Positions 1-9,411 of a stretch of 64,000 bases of DNA are shown here, one piece after another. A program made the position numbers and the translations under genes. This DNA is from an uncultured Actinomycetota bacterium. Lineage in GTDB: Bacteria; Actinomycetota; Humimicrobiia; Humimicrobiales; Humimicrobiaceae. The stretch is from the NCBI GenBank assembly GCA_964561115.1, contig CAZLOE010000002.1, positions 21,815 to 85,814 on the forward strand, given 5' to 3'. Positions within the stretch are counted from its first letter, which is position 1. Each line of letters begins with the position of its first letter. The notes under the pieces are model-generated. The model did not search any database and was not told the origin of the DNA. It saw only the letters and a list, made by a program, of their open reading frames with translations.

Positions 1-2
1 CT

Positions 3-242
3 CTGGAAAAGCACGTGCCTGTAATTGAAAAAACTGAAAACGGCTTTAAGATCAAAATCGGAAGTGTTGCCCATCCTATGATAGAGGAGCATTATATTGA
101 GTGGATAGAAGCAATAGTGGATGGGGCAGCCTACAGGCAGTTTTTAAAACCGGGAGATGCTCCAGAAGCTGAGTTCTGTATAAAAGCTGATAATATAATA
201 GCAAGAGAATACTGCAATATTCATGGACTGTGGAAAAAATAA
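3..242 (+). CDS. Superoxide reductase (desulfoferrodoxin/neelaredoxin-type), 5'-truncated at the window edge
   Basis: The reading frame is open from nt 3. The translation [20 protein letters not shown]... contains the EKHVP signature of the SOR iron centre II, downstream His and a C-x2-H ligand motif (CNIH). It lies next to a flavodiiron protein gene. Confidence 0.7.
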   Translation: MEKHVPVIEKTENGFKIKIGSVAHPMIEEHYIEWIEAIVDGAAYRQFLKPGDAPEAEFCIKADNIIAREYCNIHGLWKK

Positions 243-331
243 CTATATAATAATGTAAATTTAGTATAAGTATGACCACATCTTTTTAATAAAGGTGTGG
301 TCATATGCAATATAAAAATGACTGATTTAAA

Positions 332-1528
332 GTGGGTATAAAAAAACTAAAAGAAGACATTTACTTTGTAGGAGCTTTAGATCGGGACAGAAGATTGTTT
401 GATGAACTGATACCCCTTCCTGATGGGACTTCATATAATGCGTATCTGATCAAAGGATCGGAAAAAACTGCTCTGATCGATAGCGTAGATCCTCCGATGT
501 ATAGTACTCTGACTGATAATTTAGAAGAATTAAATACAGGAAAAATAGACTATATTATATCCCACCACGCGGAGCAGGATCATTCAGGCTCACTTCCAAA
601 ACTTATAAAGAAATATCCTGAATCTAAAATAATAACCAATCAGAAATGCAAATCAATGCTTATGGATCTGCTTCCGGTCCCGGATAAGAGATTCATGGTA
701 GTAGGAGATGATGATGCTGTCTCTCTTGGAAATAAGACACTTCAGTTTATCCTTACTCCATGGGTCCACTGGCCTGAGACAATGTCCACATATTTAAAGG
801 AAGACAAAATACTTTTCAGCTGTGATTTTTTTGGTTCTCATTATGCTACAGATGAGCTTTTCGTAAAGGATGTAAAGAAGATATACAATGCCGCAAAGCG
901 TTATTATGCAGAGATCATGATGCCCTTTAGGACCAGCATAATAAAGAACTTGGAAAAAATTGAAAGTCTTGATATAGACATTATCGCACCCAGCCATGGG
1001 CCTGTTTATAATAATATTGATTTTATTATAAATGCTTACCGGGAATGGGTATCAGACAGAGTCAAGAACGAAGTAGTAATACCATACGTTTCAATGCACG
1101 GCAGTACGGAGAAAATGGTAGAATATTTAAAGCAGTCTCTGTCCGGAAAGGGAGTCACAGTAAAGGTATTTCATCTTACCGGTACTGACATAGGTGAGCT
1201 TGCCATGGCTTTGGTCGATGCCGCTACAGTGGTGATAGGAGCTCCTACCATACTTGCCGGTCCTCATCCCAATATAGTGTATGCAGCATATCTGGTTAGG
1301 GTATTGAGACCAAAGTTAAAGTATATATCAGTCATAGGCTCATATGGATGGGGCGGAAAGACTGTTGAAATGCTTGCAGATATGGTATCTACCTTAAAAG
1401 CTGAGATCATAGAGCCAGTAGTAGTAAAAGGTTATCCTAAAGATGGAGATTTTAAGCTTCTTGATGGGCTGGCAGATAAGATAATCTTAAAGCATAAAGA
1501 ACTCGCAGATAACGGTATGATATATTAG
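332..1528 (+). CDS. Flavodiiron protein (FprA/ROO-type O2/NO reductase): metallo-beta-lactamase domain fused to a flavodoxin domain
   Basis: Di-iron ligand motif HHAEQDH in a beta-lactamase-like N-terminal half. A flavodoxin-like C-terminal half (SMHGSTEKM...). 398 aa, typical FDP size. GTG start in the track. Confidence 0.85.
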   Translation: MGIKKLKEDIYFVGALDRDRRLFDELIPLPDGTSYNAYLIKGSEKTALIDSVDPPMYSTLTDNLEELNTGKIDYIISHHAEQDHSGSLPKLIKKYPESKIITNQKCKSMLMDLLPVPDKRFMVVGDDDAVSLGNKTLQFILTPWVHWPETMSTYLKEDKILFSCDFFGSHYATDELFVKDVKKIYNAAKRYYAEIMMPFRTSIIKNLEKIESLDIDIIAPSHGPVYNNIDFIINAYREWVSDRVKNEVVIPYVSMHGSTEKMVEYLKQSLSGKGVTVKVFHLTGTDIGELAMALVDAATVVIGAPTILAGPHPNIVYAAYLVRVLRPKLKYISVIGSYGWGGKTVEMLADMVSTLKAEIIEPVVVKGYPKDGDFKLLDGLADKIILKHKELADNGMIY

Positions 1529-1563
1529 ATATAAGCGATAATCATCGAGCATTATATAAAATA

Positions 1564-2346
1564 ATGAGGCTGAAAGAAGAACTGGATAGATTATATCTGT
1601 ATTATAATAATAGGAAATTTGTCCACCCTGATCCCCTGGAATTTTTATATAATTATAATGATATGAAGGACCGTGAGATTGTAGGGCTGGTAGCTTCATC
1701 GCTGGCTTATGGTAGAGTGACTCAGATACTCAGGAGTGTCTCACTGGTACTGGCTAAGATGTCACCGACCCCTTCGGTATTTTTAGAAAAATCTTCAACC
1801 ACCCTTCTTTACAGGATTTTTTCTGATTTCAAGCACAGATTTACCACCGGTATGGAATTATCCTGCCTGCTTGTGAATATAAAAGATGTCATAATGACAT
1901 ACGGGTCTTTAAATGCCTGTTTTACCACGGGACTGAAAAAAGAAGATAAGACTATCCTTACTGCTGCTTTAAATTTTGCAAAAAATCTTAATGCTTCTCA
2001 AAAGAGAAGATGCAACAGCCTTATGCCTTCGCCGGCGGGAGGCAGCGCTTTTAAAAGACTGAATCTTTACCTGCGCTGGATGGTGCGCAGGGACAATGTA
2101 GACCCGGGAGGATGGGATAACATCTCGAGCTCAAAATTAATTATCCCTCTTGATACTCATATGTACAGAATTTCATTGAAATTGGGACTTACTAAAAGAA
2201 AACAGGCAGATATCAGGACTGCTCTGGAAGTAACAGATTCATTCAAAAGATTTGATAAAAACGATCCGGTAAAGTATGATTTTGCTCTTACCAGGCTGGG
2301 AATGAATAAAATTGAACATACTTTATTAAAAGAATGTATTATCTAA
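1564..2346 (+). CDS. DUF2400 / TIGR02757-family conserved hypothetical protein
   Basis: The motif block LMPSPAGGSAFKRLNLYLRWMVRRDNVDPGGW...IPLDTH matches what I recall of this family. Confidence 0.55.
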   Translation: MRLKEELDRLYLYYNNRKFVHPDPLEFLYNYNDMKDREIVGLVASSLAYGRVTQILRSVSLVLAKMSPTPSVFLEKSSTTLLYRIFSDFKHRFTTGMELSCLLVNIKDVIMTYGSLNACFTTGLKKEDKTILTAALNFAKNLNASQKRRCNSLMPSPAGGSAFKRLNLYLRWMVRRDNVDPGGWDNISSSKLIIPLDTHMYRISLKLGLTKRKQADIRTALEVTDSFKRFDKNDPVKYDFALTRLGMNKIEHTLLKECII

Positions 2347-2443
2347 TGTTCTAAACTTCTAAAAAGTTGTTTTATAATATATAATAATGTGAAATTTCAA
2401 TAAATATATTTAAACTATAATCAAATTGAATAGGGGGTAAGTC

Positions 2444-3709
2444 ATGATAAGAAGAATATTTTCCAAAGCCAAGTACTTTTTTTTATCGGTTTTAGTAGCA
2501 GTCCTGGTTATAACCCTTTTTCCCACCACTATAAATGGAGGTTCAGAAGAACAGGTGCAGGCATTTGTAACCCGTTTTTACGAGCAGTGCTTGGAAAGAC
2601 AGCCCGACCAAGGCGGGTTAAATGAATGGGTAGGGCGCCTTTTAAATGGTTCTAAGACCGGTGCTGATGTTGCAGAAGGATTTGTGTTCAGTGAGGAATT
2701 TAAAGCTAAGAATCATTCGGATGAGGTTTTTGTAACTATACTATACAAAGCTTTTTTTAACAGGGAACCGGATCCAAACGGCTACAGTACCTGGCTTGAA
2801 AGACTGGCAGGAGGAATGAGCAGAAAAACCGTTTTAGACGGGTTTTTAAAGTCAAAGGAATTTGCCCAGCTTTGTGATAATTATGGTATTACGTCTTATA
2901 CAGGTGCTCCTGCTTATACTGCTTCAACAACTTCCGGATACAGTTCAAGTGGAATATCTGGTTTCCATGCCGGAAGAAAGGTCAACTTTATTATCTGGGG
3001 CGATGACAGCGCTTACGACAGAGCAGGAGGAAGAGTAAGCGGAAGGACTGATATTAATATATTTGTTCATATGAATCTTGATACCGGGAAGGTTTATCTA
3101 GTGACAATACCACGTGATACCTGGTTCGGAGGGCGTAAGATCAACGGATACCATGCTTCTGGTGGACATGGTTATGCAGTAAGTAAATTTGAACAATTTA
3201 CCGGAGCAAAGATCGATTTCTATGTTATTAGTGATTTTGATGGATTTAAACCTTTGATTGATTATTTTAGCGGTGTGGATACCACTGTTGAAGAAAAGAT
3301 AGCTGATGGTTTTTCCGGCTGTTATCTGGGTGTAGGAACTCATCATTTAAATGGGACTCAGGCACTTGCTCTGTCAAGAGCGAGACACGGCAGGTCTCTT
3401 TATGGGGGAGGAGCTTATTCAAGAGAAAGACAGTCGGCAATGCTTATAGCTGATTTGATGCTGCAGAAAAGGTCAATGGTGAACTCGGGAAATCTGTCTA
3501 ATTTCTTAAATGTAATGGGACAGTATGTATGGACTAATATATCTCTGAGTCAGGCAGCACAGATTTTACCGGTGGTCCTTTCTATGAGCAGACAGGATAT
3601 TACTATTACTACCTTTAATTCATGGCCTCAGTGGTTTGGGAAGTCAAGCGCTGTTGGTTATAATGAGGCAGAAAAGAATCAGTTCTTTCAAAATATCCTG
3701 AATCAATAA
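2444..3709 (+). CDS. Cell-envelope LytR-CpsA-Psr (LCP) family protein with N-terminal TM anchor and tandem DUF4214 repeats
   Basis: N-terminal hydrophobic helix. Two DUF4214-like repeats (FYEQCLERQPDQGGLNEW... / LYKAFFNREPDPNGYSTW...). LCP core (INIFVHMNLDTGKVYLVTIPRDTW..., LALSRARHG). Confidence 0.7.
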   Translation: MIRRIFSKAKYFFLSVLVAVLVITLFPTTINGGSEEQVQAFVTRFYEQCLERQPDQGGLNEWVGRLLNGSKTGADVAEGFVFSEEFKAKNHSDEVFVTILYKAFFNREPDPNGYSTWLERLAGGMSRKTVLDGFLKSKEFAQLCDNYGITSYTGAPAYTASTTSGYSSSGISGFHAGRKVNFIIWGDDSAYDRAGGRVSGRTDINIFVHMNLDTGKVYLVTIPRDTWFGGRKINGYHASGGHGYAVSKFEQFTGAKIDFYVISDFDGFKPLIDYFSGVDTTVEEKIADGFSGCYLGVGTHHLNGTQALALSRARHGRSLYGGGAYSRERQSAMLIADLMLQKRSMVNSGNLSNFLNVMGQYVWTNISLSQAAQILPVVLSMSRQDITITTFNSWPQWFGKSSAVGYNEAEKNQFFQNILNQ

Positions 3710-3767
3710 TATATATAAAAAGCATAAACTTATAGATCATTGCAGGAATCATGAGTAGCATTATTTT

Positions 3768-5123
3768 ATGAAATCTAAAAGAGATCTGCTTTTAAACGGA
3801 AACTTAACCGGCTTGTTGTTTAAGTATTCAGCACCTGCTACCATCGGAATGGTAGTAGGTGCGCTTTATAATATCATAGATACAATATTTGTCGGCAAAG
3901 GTGTAGGCTCTCTTGCTATTGCCGCGCTTTCCATAGTACTGCCCATACAGCTTATTATCATGGGCATCGGTACCATGCTGGGTATTGGAAGTGCCTCAAT
4001 AATTTCAAGGGCACTGGGAAGAAACAGGAAAGATATAGCCCAGAATGTATATGGAAATGCAGTTGTACTCAATCTTCTTATAAGTGCCCTATGTATGGTT
4101 TTAATATATCCTTTTATGGATAAATTTCTGATCTTTTTTGGAGCATCCGCCCAGGTACTGCCTTATGCCAAAGATTATGCCTATATAATCCTTGCCGGTT
4201 TTATTTTTCTTTCTTTTGCTATAAACAGCAACAGCTGTATAAGAGCGGAAGGAAGTCCCAGAGCTGCTATGTATGCTATGGGTATAGGAGCCCTGATGAA
4301 TATAATCCTCGACCCCATATTTATATTTGTATTGGGTATGGGAATAAAGGGTGCTGCTATTGCTACTGTTATAAGTCAGGCCCTGAGTACCATTTATATT
4401 ATCTTTTATATCCTTTTTGGCAAAAGCATTTTTAATATCAATATCGCAGTGCTCAAATTAAGATTTCCTTTGGTCCGGGAAATACTAGCTCTCGGTTTCC
4501 CCTCATTTTTAAGGTCTACTATGGCCAGTTTTATAATCCTTATTTTTAACAGGCTGCTTTCATTTTATGGAGGTGACCTGTATATTGCTATAATGGGAAT
4601 AGGCCTCAGGCTGCTGAGCCTTGTCCAGATGCCGCTTATCGGGATCACACAGGGATTTTCCACTATTGCGGGTTTCAATTATGGAGCCAGGCTTTATCCC
4701 AGAGTAAAAAAAGTTCTGGGAATAGCTGTATTATGGTCCGTTATTATCGCCGGAGCAGGATTTTTGGTCATGATGATCTTCCCCAGGTTTGTGATAACAC
4801 TTTTCAGCAGTGATGCTGAACTTATAGGTGAAGGTATCGGCATTTTAAGGATTGTCATATTATTCCTCCCTTTTATCGGAGTGCAAATGCTGGGCGGGGG
4901 ATTATTTCAGTCTATTGGAAAAGCAGTTCCAGCTCTTGTTTTGACCATATCCAGACAGGTATTATTTTTAGTCCCTGCAGCTTTTTTGCTTCCCATGGTC
5001 TTCGGACTGAATGGGGTATGGATGGCAGTTCCGGTTGCCGATTTCCTTTCCATAGCTGCCACCGGGATCTGGGTATCGAGGGAAATAAAAAACTTTAATA
5101 AGCCTGTTTTAGATTCTTCCTGA
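3768..5123 (+). CDS. MATE family efflux transporter
   Basis: 451 aa, about 12 hydrophobic helices. Typical MATE N-terminus (NGNLTGLLFKYSAPATIGMVVGALYNIIDTIFVGK). Confidence 0.8.
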   Translation: MKSKRDLLLNGNLTGLLFKYSAPATIGMVVGALYNIIDTIFVGKGVGSLAIAALSIVLPIQLIIMGIGTMLGIGSASIISRALGRNRKDIAQNVYGNAVVLNLLISALCMVLIYPFMDKFLIFFGASAQVLPYAKDYAYIILAGFIFLSFAINSNSCIRAEGSPRAAMYAMGIGALMNIILDPIFIFVLGMGIKGAAIATVISQALSTIYIIFYILFGKSIFNINIAVLKLRFPLVREILALGFPSFLRSTMASFIILIFNRLLSFYGGDLYIAIMGIGLRLLSLVQMPLIGITQGFSTIAGFNYGARLYPRVKKVLGIAVLWSVIIAGAGFLVMMIFPRFVITLFSSDAELIGEGIGILRIVILFLPFIGVQMLGGGLFQSIGKAVPALVLTISRQVLFLVPAAFLLPMVFGLNGVWMAVPVADFLSIAATGIWVSREIKNFNKPVLDSS

Positions 5124-5158
5124 TCTTTTTATATAAGTTTTACTGCTTCTATTACCAA

Positions 5159-6601
5159 ATGAAAAAAAATAAAAAAATTCTTCTCATAAATACCAATTTA
5201 ATAAAGCCTCCTGTTACACCAATAGGCCTGGATTATATCGGAAGTGCTCTTAAAAAAAATGGTTTTGAAGTAGAACTACTGGACCTCAATTTTTCCAAAA
5301 ATATAAAAAAAGATCTAAGGAGGAAGCTTGCCGGAAACTCTTTTTTAGCTTTAGGAGTTACTATTAGAAATACCGATGACTGTTATTTTTTAAGTCAGGA
5401 CAACTTTCTGCCTAAAATCAAAGAAATAGTGACGGTTATTAAAAAATATTCGGATGCTCCTATTATAATAGGTGGTGGAGGCTTTTCGGTCATGCCGCGG
5501 GAAATAACCAAATATCTTGATGCCGATCTTGGAATAGCCGGGGATGGTGAATTTATATTACCTGAGATTCTGGAAATAATAGGAAAAGGTGTCAGATGTT
5601 CTGATGCAGCCAGCTATTTAAAATATACGGCAGGTAGAGCTGAAGGCAACAGGATAATAAAATTTCAAAGCGATTCATTAGAAGATTTTCCTCTTTCAAA
5701 CAGGGATTTAGTAGACAATGAGAGATATTTTATAGAAGGCGGTATGGGCAGTATTGAGACAAAAAGAGGCTGTACCGGGAAGTGCATATACTGTGCCGAT
5801 CCTTTGATCAAGGGAAGTAAAGTAAGGACCAGGCCGGTAAAAACAGTAATAGATGAGTTGAAGAATCTTATAAGTAAAAATATAAATTATATACATTTTT
5901 GTGACAGTGAATTAAATATCCCTTCAGGCTATGCTGTAGGGCTTTTAAATCAAATAATAGAAAATGGACTTGGGGACATGATAAGATGGTATTCATATAT
6001 GAGTCCGGCAAATTTTGATGAAAATTTTGCAAAACTTTTAAAGAAAGCCGGGTGTGAGGGCATTAATTTCGGGGTAGACAGTACTCATAGCATGATTCTT
6101 AAGAATCTGGGCAGGGACCATAGTTTGGAAGACCTGAAAAATATATCAAAACTTTGCGCCAAATATAAGATCAGGTTTATGTTCGACCTGCTGCTGGGTG
6201 GGCCGGGCGAAGATAGGAAGACTGTAAAATATACCATAGATTCGATAAAAAAGTTAAACCCTACCTGTGTCGGATTATCATATGGGATAAGGGTCTACCC
6301 GGGTACTGCTCTTTCAAATATGATAAAGAAAGATGCTTCTATGAAAGATAATCTTTACGGAAATACAAGCAACGGCAATAATTTCCTGGAACCTGTTTTT
6401 TACATTTCGGAAAAAATAGGAAAAGACCTGGTAGGATATGCCAATAAACTTGTTGCTGGAGATAAAAGGTTCTTTATAGGGGCATCTGATGAGTTTGACA
6501 GAAATTACAACTATAATGAAAACCTGGAGCTTCAAAAAGCGATCAAAAGAGGCTGCAGGGGAGCTTACTGGGACATACTGCAGAAATTGAATATGAATTG
6601 A
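5159..6601 (+). CDS. B12-binding domain radical SAM protein
   Basis: The N-terminal Rossmann-like B12-binding region (ILLINTNLIKPPVTPIGLDYIGSAL) is followed by a CxxxCxxC radical-SAM cluster motif (GCTGKCIYCAD). Confidence 0.7.
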   Translation: MKKNKKILLINTNLIKPPVTPIGLDYIGSALKKNGFEVELLDLNFSKNIKKDLRRKLAGNSFLALGVTIRNTDDCYFLSQDNFLPKIKEIVTVIKKYSDAPIIIGGGGFSVMPREITKYLDADLGIAGDGEFILPEILEIIGKGVRCSDAASYLKYTAGRAEGNRIIKFQSDSLEDFPLSNRDLVDNERYFIEGGMGSIETKRGCTGKCIYCADPLIKGSKVRTRPVKTVIDELKNLISKNINYIHFCDSELNIPSGYAVGLLNQIIENGLGDMIRWYSYMSPANFDENFAKLLKKAGCEGINFGVDSTHSMILKNLGRDHSLEDLKNISKLCAKYKIRFMFDLLLGGPGEDRKTVKYTIDSIKKLNPTCVGLSYGIRVYPGTALSNMIKKDASMKDNLYGNTSNGNNFLEPVFYISEKIGKDLVGYANKLVAGDKRFFIGASDEFDRNYNYNENLELQKAIKRGCRGAYWDILQKLNMN

Positions 6602-6618
6602 TTATAAGTCTATATAGT

Positions 6619-6657
6619 CTTTTAAGTGTTTTTAGCTCATAACTCGGCAACTGGCAC
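6619..6657 (+). repeat. 39-nt intergenic motif, copy 1 (cttttaagtgtttttagctcataactcggcaactggcac)
   Basis: It aligns without gaps to 10589..10627, with 26 of the first 30 positions identical. Confidence 0.5.
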
Positions 6658-6818
6658 AAATAATATTAAAGTATAGGGTTTACCCCAGTGTAAGCATAAT
6701 TATTGAAGAAACAGAAGAAAAAACCGCAATAACAATAGCAGAATAAACACCAGTAAATTATAATAGAATTATCAGATAACTTAAGTGCAATAGCAGACCA
6801 GAAAAAGGAGCAAAGAAA

Positions 6819-7769
6819 ATGAATAATAAAAATTTTCAAGAATATTTTAAAAGGTATGAAGGTAATCCGATTTTAACTCTGGAAAACTGGCCCTATAAAG
6901 TAGGAGCCGTCTTTAATCCCGGGGCAATAAAATTTAATAATGAGATATTGCTTTTGGTTCGAGTTGAAGATAGACAAGGGTATTCTCATTTAACCATTGC
7001 AAAAAGTAAGGATGGAAAAACAAATTGGCAGATAAATCCGGGGCCAGTATTGACAGCAGAGCCAGAATTCGGCGAAGCCATATTTGGATTGGAAGACCCC
7101 AGAATTGTTTGGCTGGAGGAGAGGCAGGAATATATAATTACTTATGTTTCTTTCTTCGATAAAGTAACTGGAGAACCCCCCGGTATTTCTATGATAGCAA
7201 CTAAAGATTTTTTAAATTTCCAACGCCTGGGACGGAAATTAATGCCTTTCAATAAAGATGCTTCTTTGTTCCCTAAAACTTTCAAGGGTTGCTATGCCCT
7301 TATAAACAGACCACTTGTTGAAGGAAGGGCTGATATTTGGGTTTCTTTCTCCAGAGATTTGGATTTCTGGGGGAAAGATAGAGTATTGATTCCTACCAGG
7401 CATAGAGCCTGGGATTCTAATAGAGTGGGGTTAGGCCCTCCGCCTATTGAGACGCCAGATGGTTGGTTAATTATTTACCATGGGGCAAGAAATACAGCCT
7501 CCGGTACTATTTATCGAGTGGGGCTGGCTTTGTTGGATTTAGAAACCCTTGAAATAATCAGTCGAAGCAGTGACTGGGTTTTAGGACCAAAAGAGAGTTA
7601 CGAAAGAGTGGGTGAAGCGGACGATGTTGTTTTTCCCTGTGGTGCGGTTATCGATGAAAAAACAAATGAACTTTTAGTTTATTATGGCGCTGCTGATTCA
7701 GTAGTAGCTATAGCTACCGCTAATTTAAATGATATCCTGGCTTATTTAAAAAAATGTACCCTATATTGA
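6819..7769 (+). CDS. GH130 family glycoside phosphorylase-like protein (DUF377 / beta-mannoside phosphorylase family)
   Basis: 316 aa with the GH130 hallmarks NPGAIKFNNEILLLVRVED, GLEDPRI and YYGAADS. It looks GC-richer than its flanks by eye. Confidence 0.75.
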   Translation: MNNKNFQEYFKRYEGNPILTLENWPYKVGAVFNPGAIKFNNEILLLVRVEDRQGYSHLTIAKSKDGKTNWQINPGPVLTAEPEFGEAIFGLEDPRIVWLEERQEYIITYVSFFDKVTGEPPGISMIATKDFLNFQRLGRKLMPFNKDASLFPKTFKGCYALINRPLVEGRADIWVSFSRDLDFWGKDRVLIPTRHRAWDSNRVGLGPPPIETPDGWLIIYHGARNTASGTIYRVGLALLDLETLEIISRSSDWVLGPKESYERVGEADDVVFPCGAVIDEKTNELLVYYGAADSVVAIATANLNDILAYLKKCTLY

Positions 7770-8089
7770 TAAAACCCACCTTAGCTTTTATTTGGGATAA
7801 AATATACCTAAGGAAACCATTGAAGAAGATGAAGTAGATATTGTACTTGCTTTAAAAAACTGAAAGCAACCCATTTTAACAAATAAATTTATTTAAAAAA
7901 GATTAAAAATATACCAATAAGCAGACAACCGCTCATTTTGCCTAGTGACGAACCAAGTATAGTCCGCGTTGAATCAATTTCCTTTAAACGCAGCCATTCA
8001 GATATGCTGCCTTCAAAAATACCTGCTATAGAATCTGATATAGCATTACCAACGACAGCTCCTGCTAATGCTCCGACGGCACCAAAAAG

Positions 8090-8350
8090 CTATACACCGA
8101 TTATAGCTGGGATGATCAATAATAAATTATCAATAATACCAAAAATAATATCAGGTAACATTTTTTTTAGATTAATTTTAAAAATATATGCAATCAAAAT
8201 CGGAACTAAACCCAGACCAAAGATCAACAGACTTACGTACTTACCAATTCTCATCGAAAAAAATGCTATAATTCCTATAATTATAGAGAGAAGAATTACT
8301 ATACCAATTTCTAATGTATTTTTTTGGCTTTTCTTCATTATTATCTCCAA
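8090..8350 (-). CDS. Small hydrophobic membrane protein. The reading frame continues past an in-frame TAG for another 66 codons, so the gene is possibly disrupted.
   Basis: 86-aa hydrophobic ORF. The same frame stays open from 8089 down to 7892 and encodes a glycine-zipper helix (LFGAVGALAGAVVGNAISDSIAGIFEG...). The overlapping + strand ORF 7938..8372 has non-protein-like composition. Confidence 0.45.
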   Translation of the reverse strand: MEIIMKKSQKNTLEIGIVILLSIIIGIIAFFSMRIGKYVSLLIFGLGLVPILIAYIFKINLKKMLPDIIFGIIDNLLLIIPAIIGV

Positions 8351-8538
8351 TTTTATTGGTTTATTAAAATAATCGTATTTTTTTAATAATTATATCTTAT
8401 ATATATTTTTTGAAATATAATCACAGCTAAAGATTTTCCCAGGTATATATTAGTCATATTTTTGTTTAAGTTATAAACTTAATAAAACAATAATAAAATA
8501 TTTAAAAATATTTCTAAAAACATTTATAAATAAATTAT

Positions 8539-8567
8539 TTGACAAATCTTATAATTTATGATAATAT
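8539..8567 (+). promoter_or_regulatory. Sigma70-type promoter upstream of the RRM protein gene
   Basis: TTGACA (8539-8544), a 17-nt spacer, then TAATAT (8562-8567). The predicted leader to the ATG at 8866 is about 290 nt. Confidence 0.5.
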
Positions 8568-8865
8568 TAAAATCAATCTTTGGATAGAGATAGCATTTAG
8601 TAATATTTGAAATTTGCAGACGAAAGAATGCAGGAAGAGAAAAAAATCTGAATGAGGTCAATGAAGTTCAAAGAATTAGGCCCCGAGGTGTTAAGTAACC
8701 TAAGGTCGTAAGGTTATGGTAAAAGATAACTCGGGGTTTATTTAATTAGTAAATCTCTTATGTTTGATAGTATTTTAATTAAGAGTTATTTGTTACCTGC
8801 TGTTACCTCTCTAAATAAAATATCGTAGAGCTTAGAGAAACGAAAGTATTTGAAAGGAGGTAAAT

Positions 8866-9123
8866 ATGCAAGGTAGCAAACTATATGTAGGAAATTTAAG
8901 CTATTCTGTTACTAATAAGCAATTAGAAGAGCTTTTCTCTACACATGGCAAGGTTCAATCAGCCAATGTAATTGGAGATAAAGGTTTTGGTTTTGTTGAA
9001 CTATCAGATAATGCGGAAGCAGAAAAAGCAAAAGAAGCTTTAAATGGCACAGACTTTGAAGGTCGTACTTTAAAAGTTGATGAAGCTCTTCCACAGAAGC
9101 CAAGAACTGATAGAAGATATTAA
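8866..9123 (+). CDS. RRM-type RNA-binding protein (bacterial Rbp-like)
   Basis: RNP-2 (LYVGNL) and RNP-1 (KGFGFVEL) motifs. 85 aa. Strong RBS GGAGG upstream. Confidence 0.85.
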   Translation: MQGSKLYVGNLSYSVTNKQLEELFSTHGKVQSANVIGDKGFGFVELSDNAEAEKAKEALNGTDFEGRTLKVDEALPQKPRTDRRY

Positions 9124-9179
9124 ATAATAAAACTACATAGAGGTTTTTTAAAAGGATTTATATGTAGATTTAATTCTTA

Positions 9180-9232
9180 AAAATAATGATTTGTTGTTTA
9201 TATATTAAATAAAACAACAAATCATTATTTTA
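9180..9232 (+). terminator. Perfect 20-bp inverted repeat hairpin downstream of the RRM gene (putative terminator or structured 3' element)
   Basis: aaaataatgatttgttgttt ... aaacaacaaatcattatttt with a 13-nt loop. No clear U-tract follows, so its role as an intrinsic terminator is uncertain. Confidence 0.4.
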
Positions 9233-9411
9233 AAACAAACATATAGAAGGTTTAGTGAAAATTTTACTTATTTATCCGGAATATGAAAATACATTCTGGA
9301 ATGTAAAAAAAGCCTTAAAACTATTGGGTAAGAAAGTTCTGAGTGTTTAAGACAATGGAAGGCATTATTACTGGAGTTTAATTTTATATCCAGAGAGGTT
9401 GATAAAATTTA

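Noticed and set aside
6640-6670. Possible sigma54 (-24/-12) promoter, because the repeat contains GGCAC
   Set aside because: The -12 TTGC element is absent at the required spacing, and copy 2 of the repeat lacks GGCAC.
7938-8372. 144-aa plus-strand ORF overlapping the small membrane-protein gene
   Set aside because: Its composition is not protein-like (Pro/Ala/Ile runs, no motifs). It is exactly antisense to a far more plausible hydrophobic minus-strand gene, so it is a shadow ORF.
8679-8740. tRNA-like or other RNA gene in the GC-richer patch of the RRM leader
   Set aside because: There is no T-loop (GTTCRANYC) and no acceptor-stem pairing. It is better explained as leader secondary structure.
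9133-9167. Short 7-bp inverted repeat ctacata/tatgtag just after the RRM stop, as a terminator
   Set aside because: The stem is too short and AT-rich to be convincing on its own. The adjacent perfect 20-bp hairpin is the better candidate.
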